Of a DNA stretch of 64,000 nucleotides, positions 1 to 8,507 are shown piece after piece. The DNA is from an uncultured Candidatus Saccharibacteria bacterium (GTDB taxonomy: Bacteria > Patescibacteriota > Minisyncoccia > Phycocordibacterales > UBA918): assembly GCA_964552045.1 (NCBI GenBank), contig CAZKFF010000001.1:120-64119 (forward strand), read 5' to 3'. The notes beneath the pieces are model-generated. The model had not been told where the DNA came from. It saw only the letters and a list, made by a program, of their open reading frames with translations, and searched no databases. Position 1 is the first letter of the stretch; every line of letters starts with the position of its first letter. Made by a program: the position numbers and the translations under genes.

Positions 1-219
1 AGTAGATCAATCCACAGCGACGACTACAAAATGATTATAAAGCGCCTCAAAGAGGCGCGCCTTGAAGTTGGTCTATCCCAGCAAGATGTAGCGGACAAAC
101 TTGATAAACCACAATCTTACGTTTCAAAAATTGAGTCTGGTGAGCGGCGTTTGGATGTTGCTGAAATGAAGGCGTTTGCAAAAATTTACAAAAAGCCGTT
201 GGATTACTTCGTGAATTAG
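1..219 (+). CDS. XRE-family HTH regulator, probable RM controller (C) protein; true start probably just upstream of the window
   Basis: The frame is open from base 1 (SRSIHSDDYKMIIKRLKEAR...). Motif LSQQDVADKLDKPQSYVSKIESGERR. The gene ends 4 nt before the endonuclease gene. Confidence 0.8.
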   Translation, partial: SRSIHSDDYKMIIKRLKEARLEVGLSQQDVADKLDKPQSYVSKIESGERRLDVAEMKAFAKIYKKPLDYFVN

Positions 220-223
220 ACCC

Positions 224-922
224 ATGCCTAAGAATAAGAAAGACACAGTTAAAGAATCGATCTCTCTCATAGAGTCTATTGCAAAAAAGAGACAGAGGCT
301 TTCTGTTGAGGAAGCAAGGGTTTTGATTAGTGAAATTACTAAACTCACAAAAATTCTCTTGGTTTCCAGTGGATTCCCTATAAGAGATGTGACCAGACTT
401 ACCACAAAACTTAGGGACGCTGGACGTAGGTCACCCCCGTGGACACCTTATTCAGGTCGAGTTCCGGGCAGACCTCAAGACGGAGCGGATGGCAATCGGC
501 GCTTGAGATGGCTATTTCCAAAAACCCATAAGTTTTATGCTGACGAAATTACAGCGACATTGGTCGAGGTGAAATATTATCTACAAGTACTGTCTATGAC
601 CAATGCGCCCAAGCTCCCAAAAGGTGCATTCGAGGGGACATTTGATTGGCTTGTGAAGCACAAAATATCACCCGGTGCGTATTTAGACCCAATACAGTTG
701 GTTCCAATTGATCTAAAAGTGATTCTTAATGAGTTAAGAAATCTCCACTCAGGGCATTTGGTGCCGCTAGATCGTAGTGGCAAGCATGAGCCAGCGAATA
801 CTTTTCTTGTCTATGCACGAAGTAACCAGCTTCAAGGAAATTTGACGCTAAATGAACTACTCGACTTAATGAAGCGAATCCTAGACAAACACCACAGCGA
901 GCTGCATGACGAGATTATATAG
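224..922 (+). CDS. HNH (His-Me finger) restriction endonuclease, DraIII-like
   Basis: C-terminal HSGHLVPL...HEPAN...SNQLQGNLTLNEL fits the beta-beta-alpha-Me pattern. The gene is convergent on a methyltransferase and lies downstream of a C-like gene. Confidence 0.7.
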   Translation: MPKNKKDTVKESISLIESIAKKRQRLSVEEARVLISEITKLTKILLVSSGFPIRDVTRLTTKLRDAGRRSPPWTPYSGRVPGRPQDGADGNRRLRWLFPKTHKFYADEITATLVEVKYYLQVLSMTNAPKLPKGAFEGTFDWLVKHKISPGAYLDPIQLVPIDLKVILNELRNLHSGHLVPLDRSGKHEPANTFLVYARSNQLQGNLTLNELLDLMKRILDKHHSELHDEII

Positions 923-2909
923 CTAACACTTCCTCTAGTTCATTTATTCCAGAAGTGAGGTCGTCTATCGCTTTTTGCCGCGCACTCTCCCCGTCCCTTA
1001 TCCTTTTTACAACCTTTTCGTAAACTTTTTTGTCTTTTGGAACTGGAATTTTTAGATTACCAATGTACTCAGGCGTAATCTCATCAATTACAGAACCATA
1101 AACACCACGCGCTATTGTCTCTTGTGCATATCTCGTTTTAAGGAAAGCAAATAAATACTCCGATGCCATTTTTTCTTGGTCGGGAATAACTCTAATTACA
1201 TGTTCTGAAAATGCATAACCGTCCCATGCTTGAGGTACCGTCGAAACAATTCCGACAGAACCGCTTCTGGTAATAAGGATCCAGCCTTTTTTCACTTTCA
1301 ACTCTTCTATCTTTTTATTTTCCAGACTCATCCACTTATCAGCCCGTAATAGGAGTTGAGTGACGTTAGTTCCACCTAAGAAAGGGACGGCTTCTTGACT
1401 TGGCTCAACGTAGTTTCTTGCAAAACGCCCGGGAAAAAAAATATTTTTAACAACATTATTTAGCTCAACGTACTCCCACTGTTTGTTGTGAGTTTTGCTA
1501 GTAGGTTTGACTGCTTTATGTGATTTGTAATAGCGGGCGTCGAATCTCAAAAGAGGGTCTTCACTAATTTGTTTAGGTGTGACCTTGAAGCTAATTTCTG
1601 AACTAAATTTCTTTTTCTTTTTAAAGTTCGAGTAGTCAGCCTCAACAACATGAAAATCACTTAAAATTTGATCTGTAACAGAACCGTCACGCTCTCTAAC
1701 GTATGTAGGATTTCCTCGTCTATCGTGTCCAATCCACTTAGGAGTGGACATGAAGATTTCGGGATCCGAATCTAAATCTATTTGCTCTAAAGGTTTTTTC
1801 CTTCTTTTCAAAACCAGTAGCGACGCTTTAGTCCCAGTGTGAGGCTGAAAAGTTTCTGGCGGCAGATCAACAACAGCTAAAATCTGCGCGTGTCTCAGAA
1901 TCCATTGGCGGACAAAAAGAGTTTGTGGACCAGAAACAATCTGATAAGGAACAACTATTGCCAACCTACCGGCATCAGGTTTAAGAAGTCTTATATTTCT
2001 CTCAATAAACAAAATATCAGGAGCACGCTGTACAACGGCAGACTCGTCACCAAATAAACCAGTCCTCGTATATTTTTTTGCTAAGTCAAATTGAGAAAGG
2101 AGTTCCGGATCTTTGATCGTAATCTTTGTACCAAAAGGAGGGTTGGTTGCGAGGCAGGAATAACTGCTTTCGTTAAGTCTACTTGAGGGATCAATTTTGA
2201 GAGAATCGCCATTAGCAACAAAATCTACATCTTGAGCACCTAGCTGAAACGACATTGTTGAATTTGCTATTTCCGAAAGCTCTTTATCGAGCTCCTGTCC
2301 AGCAATTGACTCTTTTGCAAGTTTTCTTGCTTTTTCTTCATCACCGTCAGCCAGTTTTTTTATGTGTTTGAGTGCTGCCATCAAAAACCCCCCTGTGCCT
2401 GCACAAATATCAGCAAAGTTGTCTCCTTTTAGAGGATTGAAATCAAGTAGCTTTATAGATAATTGGGTGACTCTTTGGTCGGTAAAAAATTGACCTCCAT
2501 TTGATTTCGTCCAGTGTGATCTAAAGATTTCCATTGAGTCGCCAAATACATCTCGTTCGGAAGTGAGGATATCAATGTCAAAGATTTTTTCGTAAACATG
2601 CGCAATGTTTAAGTCAGTGAGATTTATCTCATTTCCATCCTCGTAAAATCTGGACTGCTTATTAGCTGCCCCAAAATTCTTTCTAACAAAGCTTGCTACA
2701 TTCTTCACATCAATAGCCTGACCATTTAATCTATGTCCCCTTGAGGAGAGTGGGGGTTTGTTGATTTTATTCTTCTCGGCATAAGCCAGAGCCCTATATA
2801 TTTTTCCAACCTCCTTAGCAATAGCTGTAGGAACCTTCACCGGAGAATTGGCGTATAGGTAGTCATAAATGGAGTTCACTCGTGATTCAAGATGTATGAT
2901 CGTACTCAT
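915..2909 (-). CDS. N6-adenine DNA methyltransferase with fused C-terminal type-I S-like target recognition domain (M-S fusion)
   Basis: Motifs GQFFT, DICAGTGGF (motif I) and NPPFG (motif IV). C-terminal TRD features ILITRSGSVG...SEHVIR...LKIPVP. Start moved to ATG 2909 (TATAAT lies 6 nt upstream). Confidence 0.9.
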   Translation of the reverse strand: MSTIIHLESRVNSIYDYLYANSPVKVPTAIAKEVGKIYRALAYAEKNKINKPPLSSRGHRLNGQAIDVKNVASFVRKNFGAANKQSRFYEDGNEINLTDLNIAHVYEKIFDIDILTSERDVFGDSMEIFRSHWTKSNGGQFFTDQRVTQLSIKLLDFNPLKGDNFADICAGTGGFLMAALKHIKKLADGDEEKARKLAKESIAGQELDKELSEIANSTMSFQLGAQDVDFVANGDSLKIDPSSRLNESSYSCLATNPPFGTKITIKDPELLSQFDLAKKYTRTGLFGDESAVVQRAPDILFIERNIRLLKPDAGRLAIVVPYQIVSGPQTLFVRQWILRHAQILAVVDLPPETFQPHTGTKASLLVLKRRKKPLEQIDLDSDPEIFMSTPKWIGHDRRGNPTYVRERDGSVTDQILSDFHVVEADYSNFKKKKKFSSEISFKVTPKQISEDPLLRFDARYYKSHKAVKPTSKTHNKQWEYVELNNVVKNIFFPGRFARNYVEPSQEAVPFLGGTNVTQLLLRADKWMSLENKKIEELKVKKGWILITRSGSVGIVSTVPQAWDGYAFSEHVIRVIPDQEKMASEYLFAFLKTRYAQETIARGVYGSVIDEITPEYIGNLKIPVPKDKKVYEKVVKRIRDGESARQKAIDDLTSGINELEEVLAI

Positions 2910-2957
2910 ACATAAATTATATGCAAAATTTGCACAATGCAAAATTTGCATTGTGCA
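2910..2957 (-). promoter_or_regulatory. Leaderless MTase promoter overlapped by a palindromic operator
   Basis: -10 TATAAT at 2921-2916. Palindrome tgcacaatgcaaa-a-tttgcattgtgca at 2931-2957. Direct repeat atgcaaaatttgca at 2921-2934 and 2937-2950. Confidence 0.7.
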
Positions 2958-3005
2958 TAACTTACTCAGGCAACTTCCTGTAACAAACGGGACATATCCG
3001 GGTCT

Positions 3006-3950
3006 TTACAGAACCTTACCTTTTGACCAGTACTCCTCAAACGCACTGCGAGCATCATCATAATTTTCTGACAAACTCACTTCTGATCGTTGTCCAGCAG
3101 ATATTGCATTCACGTTTGGTACGTTTCTCAGATACCCAACACCATCGAGAATCCATCGATCATGTGTGTCTCGTATCAATTTACTGTCTATAGTTGCCCA
3201 GGTTGTTTTGATACCTTTGTTTTCCATCTCCTGTTTGAACCGTTTGAAGTACCTTCGTACGTCGCTTCCCAAATTTACGTCTCCCATGTCCAAAGATAGA
3301 ATGCGTATTTCTTTTATTTTCTCTGCATCAGCAACACTCCATAACCATTCCAGCGCCTCTTTCTGGAAATGTTTATCGAGCCATGAAATGGATCCCTCAC
3401 ATTCTCCAAGTACTCGCTTTATCCAGAGGATGTTAGAGAATGGTCGCGATGGGTCAATAAAGATATTTTTTGGCGTATGAGGAGTATCGGGTGAGATAAG
3501 TACTTTCACAGCCCTAGTTTTCTTGTTGTAGGTGATAACACCTGCGTAATTCAAGAAGTCTAGGAAATGCGTCAATGGCTCGTTGGAATCATAGAACCAA
3601 AAGCCCGTAGCCTTTAGGACCGTAAGTACTTGATCAACAGTTACGTCCGATACTCCCCACAAATATTGCTGTAATGCAATCGTGGGAGGAAAGGATAGAA
3701 GCAAGTGCCTTAACATCTCGGTTTCCTCTCCATCACGGCGGATGTACAGCGACTCAAATATCGCTCGTCCGGCCTCAGAAAGCTCACCTGTAGCACCGAC
3801 ATCAAAAACTCCAAGCTCTTCCCAGAAAGTATAGTCGTCTCCCAGTTCATACCGATCTACTGAACCGTTCTCACCAGCCGCCTGTATATAAGGCAGCATT
3901 TTCTTCCAGTTATTCTGTGGCAGAAGTGTTGTCGTTTCCGTGTTTATCAT
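3006..3950 (-). CDS. Hypothetical protein: N-terminal winged-helix-like region plus C-terminal PLD-like (HDR) nuclease domain
   Basis: C-terminal ISWLDKHF...IRILS...THDRWILDG...FEEYW matches the HDR variant of the PLD-like fold. Confidence 0.55.
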   Translation of the reverse strand: MINTETTTLLPQNNWKKMLPYIQAAGENGSVDRYELGDDYTFWEELGVFDVGATGELSEAGRAIFESLYIRRDGEETEMLRHLLLSFPPTIALQQYLWGVSDVTVDQVLTVLKATGFWFYDSNEPLTHFLDFLNYAGVITYNKKTRAVKVLISPDTPHTPKNIFIDPSRPFSNILWIKRVLGECEGSISWLDKHFQKEALEWLWSVADAEKIKEIRILSLDMGDVNLGSDVRRYFKRFKQEMENKGIKTTWATIDSKLIRDTHDRWILDGVGYLRNVPNVNAISAGQRSEVSLSENYDDARSAFEEYWSKGKVL

Positions 3951-4707
3951 TTTCCTTTGGCTTTGCGTCTGTTACTGCTTTGTCCAGTGCTGCGATCTCA
4001 CTTCCAAACTTTCCGATGGCAAATAAGTACGCGATTTCTGTAGGGTAAGAAATTACAATACCGCTCGGTAACTCGACTTCCTGCATCCCCGTTTTAACTT
4101 GACGTTCTGACTTCTCTGCTCCAAACCGCTGTGATTGCGAGTGTTCACTATTGTCGGTTTCTTCGTCTGTCGTATCTGCCGTGTCTTTAGAGATGGCCTC
4201 ACTAACAATGCCGTTAGAGTACAAGCCTGCAAATTCAAGAGAATCCTTGAATGTTTGCACTACAGTATCGGCAACCTTGCGGCCTATTCCGAATTGTCTG
4301 ACAAGAATGTTGTTAAGAGTAGGAGGAACTGCACGTCCCGAATATTCACTGATGAGAGACTCAAACAACTTCGGATGCTTCGCCGCCTCTAATATTGCAG
4401 CATTTTTCTCCTCCTCTGTTGTATAATGAAGTATCTGCTCAGCAAGATCAGAGTTCTTATATGCGTTACCTTTGCGCTCTAAGAGTCCGTAATGTACCAG
4501 AGCTGCAACTTTAGGGGCTGAAGCACCGCTAAGCGTTGCGTAACCCATAGAAACAGCTGCAGAAGCCCGGTCAAACTGAGATTTAGGATAAGCAGCGATA
4601 AGTTTCTTACTGTACTCAACAGCTTCACCAAGAGGGATGGCGGGGTACGCTGTGCTCCGTTCTCTCTTTGTAGTCTTCTTCGCCTCTGTATTTTGATTGT
4701 CAGTCAT
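3910..4707 (-). CDS. Hypothetical winged-helix protein (RS-x-x-YP...GY...SG...AAL..YGLL family)
   Basis: Long clean ORF with an N-terminal wHTH-like pattern and an acidic linker. It overlaps the next gene by 41 nt. Start set at MTDNQ. Confidence 0.6.
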   Translation of the reverse strand: MTDNQNTEAKKTTKRERSTAYPAIPLGEAVEYSKKLIAAYPKSQFDRASAAVSMGYATLSGASAPKVAALVHYGLLERKGNAYKNSDLAEQILHYTTEEEKNAAILEAAKHPKLFESLISEYSGRAVPPTLNNILVRQFGIGRKVADTVVQTFKDSLEFAGLYSNGIVSEAISKDTADTTDEETDNSEHSQSQRFGAEKSERQVKTGMQEVELPSGIVISYPTEIAYLFAIGKFGSEIAALDKAVTDAKPKENDKHGNDNTSATE

Positions 4708-4755
4708 AATAATTTTATTTAATCCCATTCCAGTTGGGAGTTTTGTAATACTTAA

Positions 4756-4785
4756 AATATACTCTCTGTACTATATGCTTGTCAA
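4756..4785 (-). promoter_or_regulatory. sigma70 promoter for the winged-helix gene pair
   Basis: TTGACA (4785-4780), 18-nt spacer, TATATT (4761-4756). Confidence 0.55.
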
Positions 4786-4929
4786 GCGCAATCTTTACTT
4801 TGTGAAAAATGCCAGAATAACCCAGTAAAGTAGCCATTTTTATATCTATAAGAAACGAGTTACAAAGCGACATGCACCATATTTTTTGTAGTACAGAAAA
4901 GTCTTTGGGTACTTTGTAACATGGGGAGC

Positions 4930-5780
4930 AACCCCGCCCGCCAGGGCGGGGTTTGTGCGCGCACGGGTGGGAGCCGTGAACACGGCATGGGGCAAGCACA
5001 TAAGGCAGCGCCGTCGGGCTATTTCCGCTAGGAGCGTCCAGGGCTAAAGGACGAGCGCCGACGTTAATTTGCAATACAGAAATCTAGCAGCGGAAGCGAC
5101 ACCACAAACGCGCTATTGAAAACGAGGATGGGGGTTGTGCGAGGGCGGACTCCGAAGGCACGTTAAACGAAGCCGCAAAGCGCAAGTAAAGTACAAACGC
5201 AATGAAGCACTGAAGACGCTAATGAATCACTGCGAGGAGGAGCCCGACGCTGGGGGAAGGATTCCTTCCTTCCCCCAATCTAGTGTCCTGCCTTTTCCAC
5301 CGCCCCGCAGGGCGGAATGGAAAAGAAAAGCAGGACCCATAGGCACCTAGGCGCTCGTAGCCCTAGCGGAAATAGCCCGAGGCGGATGCCGAGGGTGCCT
5401 CCCTTTAGCCTCTGGACTACCATAGAAATCTAGGAAATGGCACGAGGCACCGAATTGGAAGCGCCTTCCTTCTTCCACGTTTAGTGGAAGAACGCCCGGA
5501 AGAAAAAATCCTTTTCCATATCCAAAAAAATATCCCCCGCCAAAAAAGAAAAAGGAATACTGCAAAGGATTTTTCTGGAGGGCGTACCGCCGGAACGGAG
5601 TGGAGGCGGAAGGAGGCGCGTATCGAGTTACCACGCAAGCGGAGCGTACGATTCGGTCTCAAGCCACCACGCGCTCCGCGCGGGCGGATCACTTCTCGCT
5701 ACGCTCGAAAAAAGTTCGGATTTCATCATATAGACGGAGCTGAGGAATTTAGGAACCCCGCGCACGCGGGGTTTTTAAAT
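4930..5780. other. Highly structured GC-rich non-coding region
   Basis: Perfect 19-bp inverted repeat 5014-5032/5362-5380, further IR blocks, nested hairpins at 5461-5620, and a hairpin plus T-run at 5754-5776. Confidence 0.6.
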
Positions 5781-5787
5781 TTCTGAA

Positions 5788-5944
5788 GCTCCGGCGGAGA
5801 AAGCAACCGAGTTGCTTTCGTCAGGATTCGAAAGGAATTTGCATATTTCCGCTATTCCTAATGCGGAAATGCAAATTCCCGGGCAGGTAAATCTTATGAA
5901 TGTAACGAATTAGATTTGGACGCCGAATCCTGCCGCCGGAGCCA
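5788..5944 (+). repeat. tRNA 3'-end copy (Asn-like, ...CGAATCCTGCCGCCGGAGCCA) with an inverted partial copy and internal hairpins; att-like junction
   Basis: 5924-5944 is a T-loop/acceptor 3' strand plus G-CCA. 5788-5797 and 5822-5830 are its reverse complement. Hairpins at 5799-5819 and 5834-5879. Confidence 0.6.
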
Positions 5945-5953
5945 AACAGGGCG

Positions 5954-5980
5954 AGACTTCCGATTTCGGGAGTCTTTTTC
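5954..5980 (+). terminator. Intrinsic terminator after the tRNA-end copy
   Basis: agacttccg-attt-cgggagtct followed by a T-run. Confidence 0.6.
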
Positions 5981-6122
5981 TTTATTTGAACCGTCATTGA
6001 AGAATTCGAAAATCTGAATGGATGATTTTATTGACTGGATCCTGTAAGTTTCGAAATTCATGCCGCCCGTCCAATTCACACTGATCCAGTAAAAAGACGG
6101 TTTTGTGTGCTATTTTTAAGCC

Positions 6123-7295
6123 ATGAGGAAATTCTTCCTGCTGTTTGGGTTTCTCGCACTCCTTCTTTTGTTGTCAGCGCTGTATCTTCTCTGGGGAAGA
6201 TCACCCGCGGAAACACTGCCCACTTATTTTTCATATACTGATGAAGAACTTCAGATGATCCGTGGTCTCCATTCAGATAAGGCCATCACATTTGAAGATC
6301 TCCAGGCATGGGACGACGCCATCTTCAATCTGATCCAGGAGAACAAGACCGGTACAACAAAGGCCTCGCAGATATATACGTATCTTCTGGTGGCACAGCG
6401 CGATGCAGCTTTCATATCCTATAACGATACCGGCAAATTCCGCGGGAGCATTGATGCAGTTTCCAAGGGGGTTATCTGCGCATTCATGCCTGATGATTGC
6501 CTCTATATCACAACAGACAGCGATGCATATTCTGATGCGCTCGCTCAGATCGTGCTCGCTAAGGTCGAAAAGCGAATCGCGGATGACCAAAGCCAGCTGC
6601 ATACATATCCGCTGCAGTCAGAGGATCCCTATTGGTTGAACAAACGCGATGAAGCATTCAACGGACAGGACGTCGGATCATGGATGCCCTGGTCGATCGC
6701 CTCAGTTGCTGATTTCAATCTGCCTCCCCCGCCGGAGCTTGGTTCGGATGAACGAGCGCAGCAGCTGCAGGAAGTGCGGGATGCGGTTGACGGCATCACT
6801 GACGAACAGAAGCGTGCTGTTATCTATTGGGCTGACGGCCCGGGCACGAAGACCGCAGCGGCACAATGGCTCGAATTGGCAACTACGCACATGAAGGAAA
6901 CTGGCATGACCGACCTCCGTAGAATATTCATGATCAGATCGATCCTTGAGATGGCCATTGCTGACACGATCATCGCTTCTCACGATGTCAAATACACCTA
7001 CTGGGAGCGGCGCCCGGGCTCGCTCGATGCATCAATCGTGACGGTCATACCGACTCCGAACCATCCGAGCTATCCGTCAAACAGCGCAGCGATCGGCATG
7101 ACTGCGGCAACGGTCATGGCATACTTCTTCCCTGAAAAGTCATCAGAATGGCTCAGCATTGCCGAGGAAATAGGCAATACGCGCGTATGGTCCGGCATAC
7201 ACTTCCCACTTGACGTACAGGAGGGCTATGCACAGGGGAAAAAGATCGCCGAAGCGGTGCTCCAGAAAGAATTCGGGGACAGCCAGCCTCAGTAA
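6123..7295 (+). CDS. Membrane-anchored vanadium haloperoxidase/PAP2-superfamily protein
   Basis: N-terminal TM helix. Motifs KYTYWERRP (K-x6-RP), HPSYPSNS (PSGH variant) and RVWSGIHFPLD. Confidence 0.8.
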   Translation: MRKFFLLFGFLALLLLLSALYLLWGRSPAETLPTYFSYTDEELQMIRGLHSDKAITFEDLQAWDDAIFNLIQENKTGTTKASQIYTYLLVAQRDAAFISYNDTGKFRGSIDAVSKGVICAFMPDDCLYITTDSDAYSDALAQIVLAKVEKRIADDQSQLHTYPLQSEDPYWLNKRDEAFNGQDVGSWMPWSIASVADFNLPPPPELGSDERAQQLQEVRDAVDGITDEQKRAVIYWADGPGTKTAAAQWLELATTHMKETGMTDLRRIFMIRSILEMAIADTIIASHDVKYTYWERRPGSLDASIVTVIPTPNHPSYPSNSAAIGMTAATVMAYFFPEKSSEWLSIAEEIGNTRVWSGIHFPLDVQEGYAQGKKIAEAVLQKEFGDSQPQ

Positions 7296-7304
7296 GTCTC
7301 TATC

Positions 7305-8300
7305 GTGATCATTTTTTATAAACTTGGCAGAAGATTGTTCGCAGGCTATGTGCTGCTTGCACTTTTTGTTGCAGTCACCGGCGGCATTGGCGTCTATGTA
7401 TCGCAACAGATCAGCGACTCCTTCTTGACTACCGCCAACAATGCGACCCCTGCTATCCGGGCGTTGTTCGAAATAAAGAGCACACTCAATGACATCGACA
7501 CGCTGACCGCCGATTTCGAACTGGCGAAGAATCCGGCGGTATCCGCTGAGCCGTCGCAGGAAATCAATGTACTGCGAAGCGGATTGATCGGACAGATCGA
7601 GCGCATGGGCGACAAGATCACCCAGTATCGTGAGACGAGTACGAATGCAAACGAAGCCGAGATCGTGCAAAAGATTGTCGATCAGAATGACCGCATCATT
7701 TCCAAAGCGCTTGGATTCATTGAACTTACGGAGAACACCGACGGACAAACACTCACACAACAACGGGATGCGCTTCGAAACGAAGCAGCGACCATGCATA
7801 AGATCATCGATGCAGTGATAACCCGCGAGATACAAAGCATCCAGATCGATACTGAAAATTCAAAGAAACTTGCCGATTCGCTTATTGTTATTATCACAGC
7901 CATTGCGCTGTGCGCTTTTGTCATTGCACTCCTGGTCGGGTTTTTTCTCTCAAACTATATATCCCGGTCAACGCAGATACTGCTCGATGCGATCGGCAAA
8001 GTGAAAGACGGGGTTCTCTCTGTTGATATCCCCCTGCATACCAAAGACGAAATGGGCCTGATCGGAGAAAGTTTCAGAGACCTTGCACACAAACTGCAGA
8101 TCGCGCAGCAGAAAATAGAACGGAATGCAGATGAGCTGGCCGCGACAAATCAGGCGCTCTATGACAAGAATGCGGAGCTGGAAAAATTCAACAAAATGAT
8201 GATCGGGCGGGAGATAAAAATGGTCGAACTGAAAGAAGAGATCAGGCAGCTGAGGTCAGACGGTTCTTCTTCGCAACCTGATGCTTCGCACCAGAGTTAA
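7305..8300 (+). CDS. Membrane sensor: four-helix extracellular domain, HAMP and coiled coil, no kinase domain
   Basis: Two TM helices, HAMP motif (TKDEMGLIGESF), C-terminal NKMMIGREIKMVELKEEI. Confidence 0.75.
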   Translation: MIIFYKLGRRLFAGYVLLALFVAVTGGIGVYVSQQISDSFLTTANNATPAIRALFEIKSTLNDIDTLTADFELAKNPAVSAEPSQEINVLRSGLIGQIERMGDKITQYRETSTNANEAEIVQKIVDQNDRIISKALGFIELTENTDGQTLTQQRDALRNEAATMHKIIDAVITREIQSIQIDTENSKKLADSLIVIITAIALCAFVIALLVGFFLSNYISRSTQILLDAIGKVKDGVLSVDIPLHTKDEMGLIGESFRDLAHKLQIAQQKIERNADELAATNQALYDKNAELEKFNKMMIGREIKMVELKEEIRQLRSDGSSSQPDASHQS

Positions 8301-8307
8301 AGTCTCT

Positions 8308-8475
8308 ATGAAGCACAAAAAAATACTCTATGTGGTATGCGCACTTTTCGCTATTTCCTGTGGCGTGTTCATGTTCGTGTACGGTGAAATGGACGACAGT
8401 CCTGGAGGACAGCTGCTCGGGCTTCTTCTGGCTATCGCTGGTATCGGTATCATCATCAAAAAGGTGAAGGGATGA
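8308..8475 (+). CDS. Small two-TM membrane protein
   Basis: Two hydrophobic helices around GEMDDSPGGQLLG. Start set at MKHKK. Confidence 0.65.
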   Translation: MKHKKILYVVCALFAISCGVFMFVYGEMDDSPGGQLLGLLLAIAGIGIIIKKVKG

Positions 8476-8507
8476 GCTTCCACACAAATCCCTCCACGCA
8501 CAGACAA

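Larger units (their letters stand above)
1..5944. mobile_element. Right end of an integrated defence island (continues beyond the left window edge)
   Basis: Coding DNA at 1-4900 is visibly AT-richer than the rest of the window and carries RM/nuclease genes. It ends at a tRNA-3'-end copy (5924-5944) followed by a terminator. No integrase is inside the window. Confidence 0.6.

Noticed and set aside
4715-5786. Several 70-120 aa ORFs on both strands
   Set aside because: They overlap each other, are low-complexity Arg/Pro/Phe-rich, lack motifs, and coincide with dense inverted repeats. Most likely non-coding.
5790-5944. Intact or intron-containing tRNA gene
   Set aside because: An acceptor-like stem and CCA are present, but there is no D-arm, anticodon arm or complete T-arm. 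Treated as an att-like remnant.
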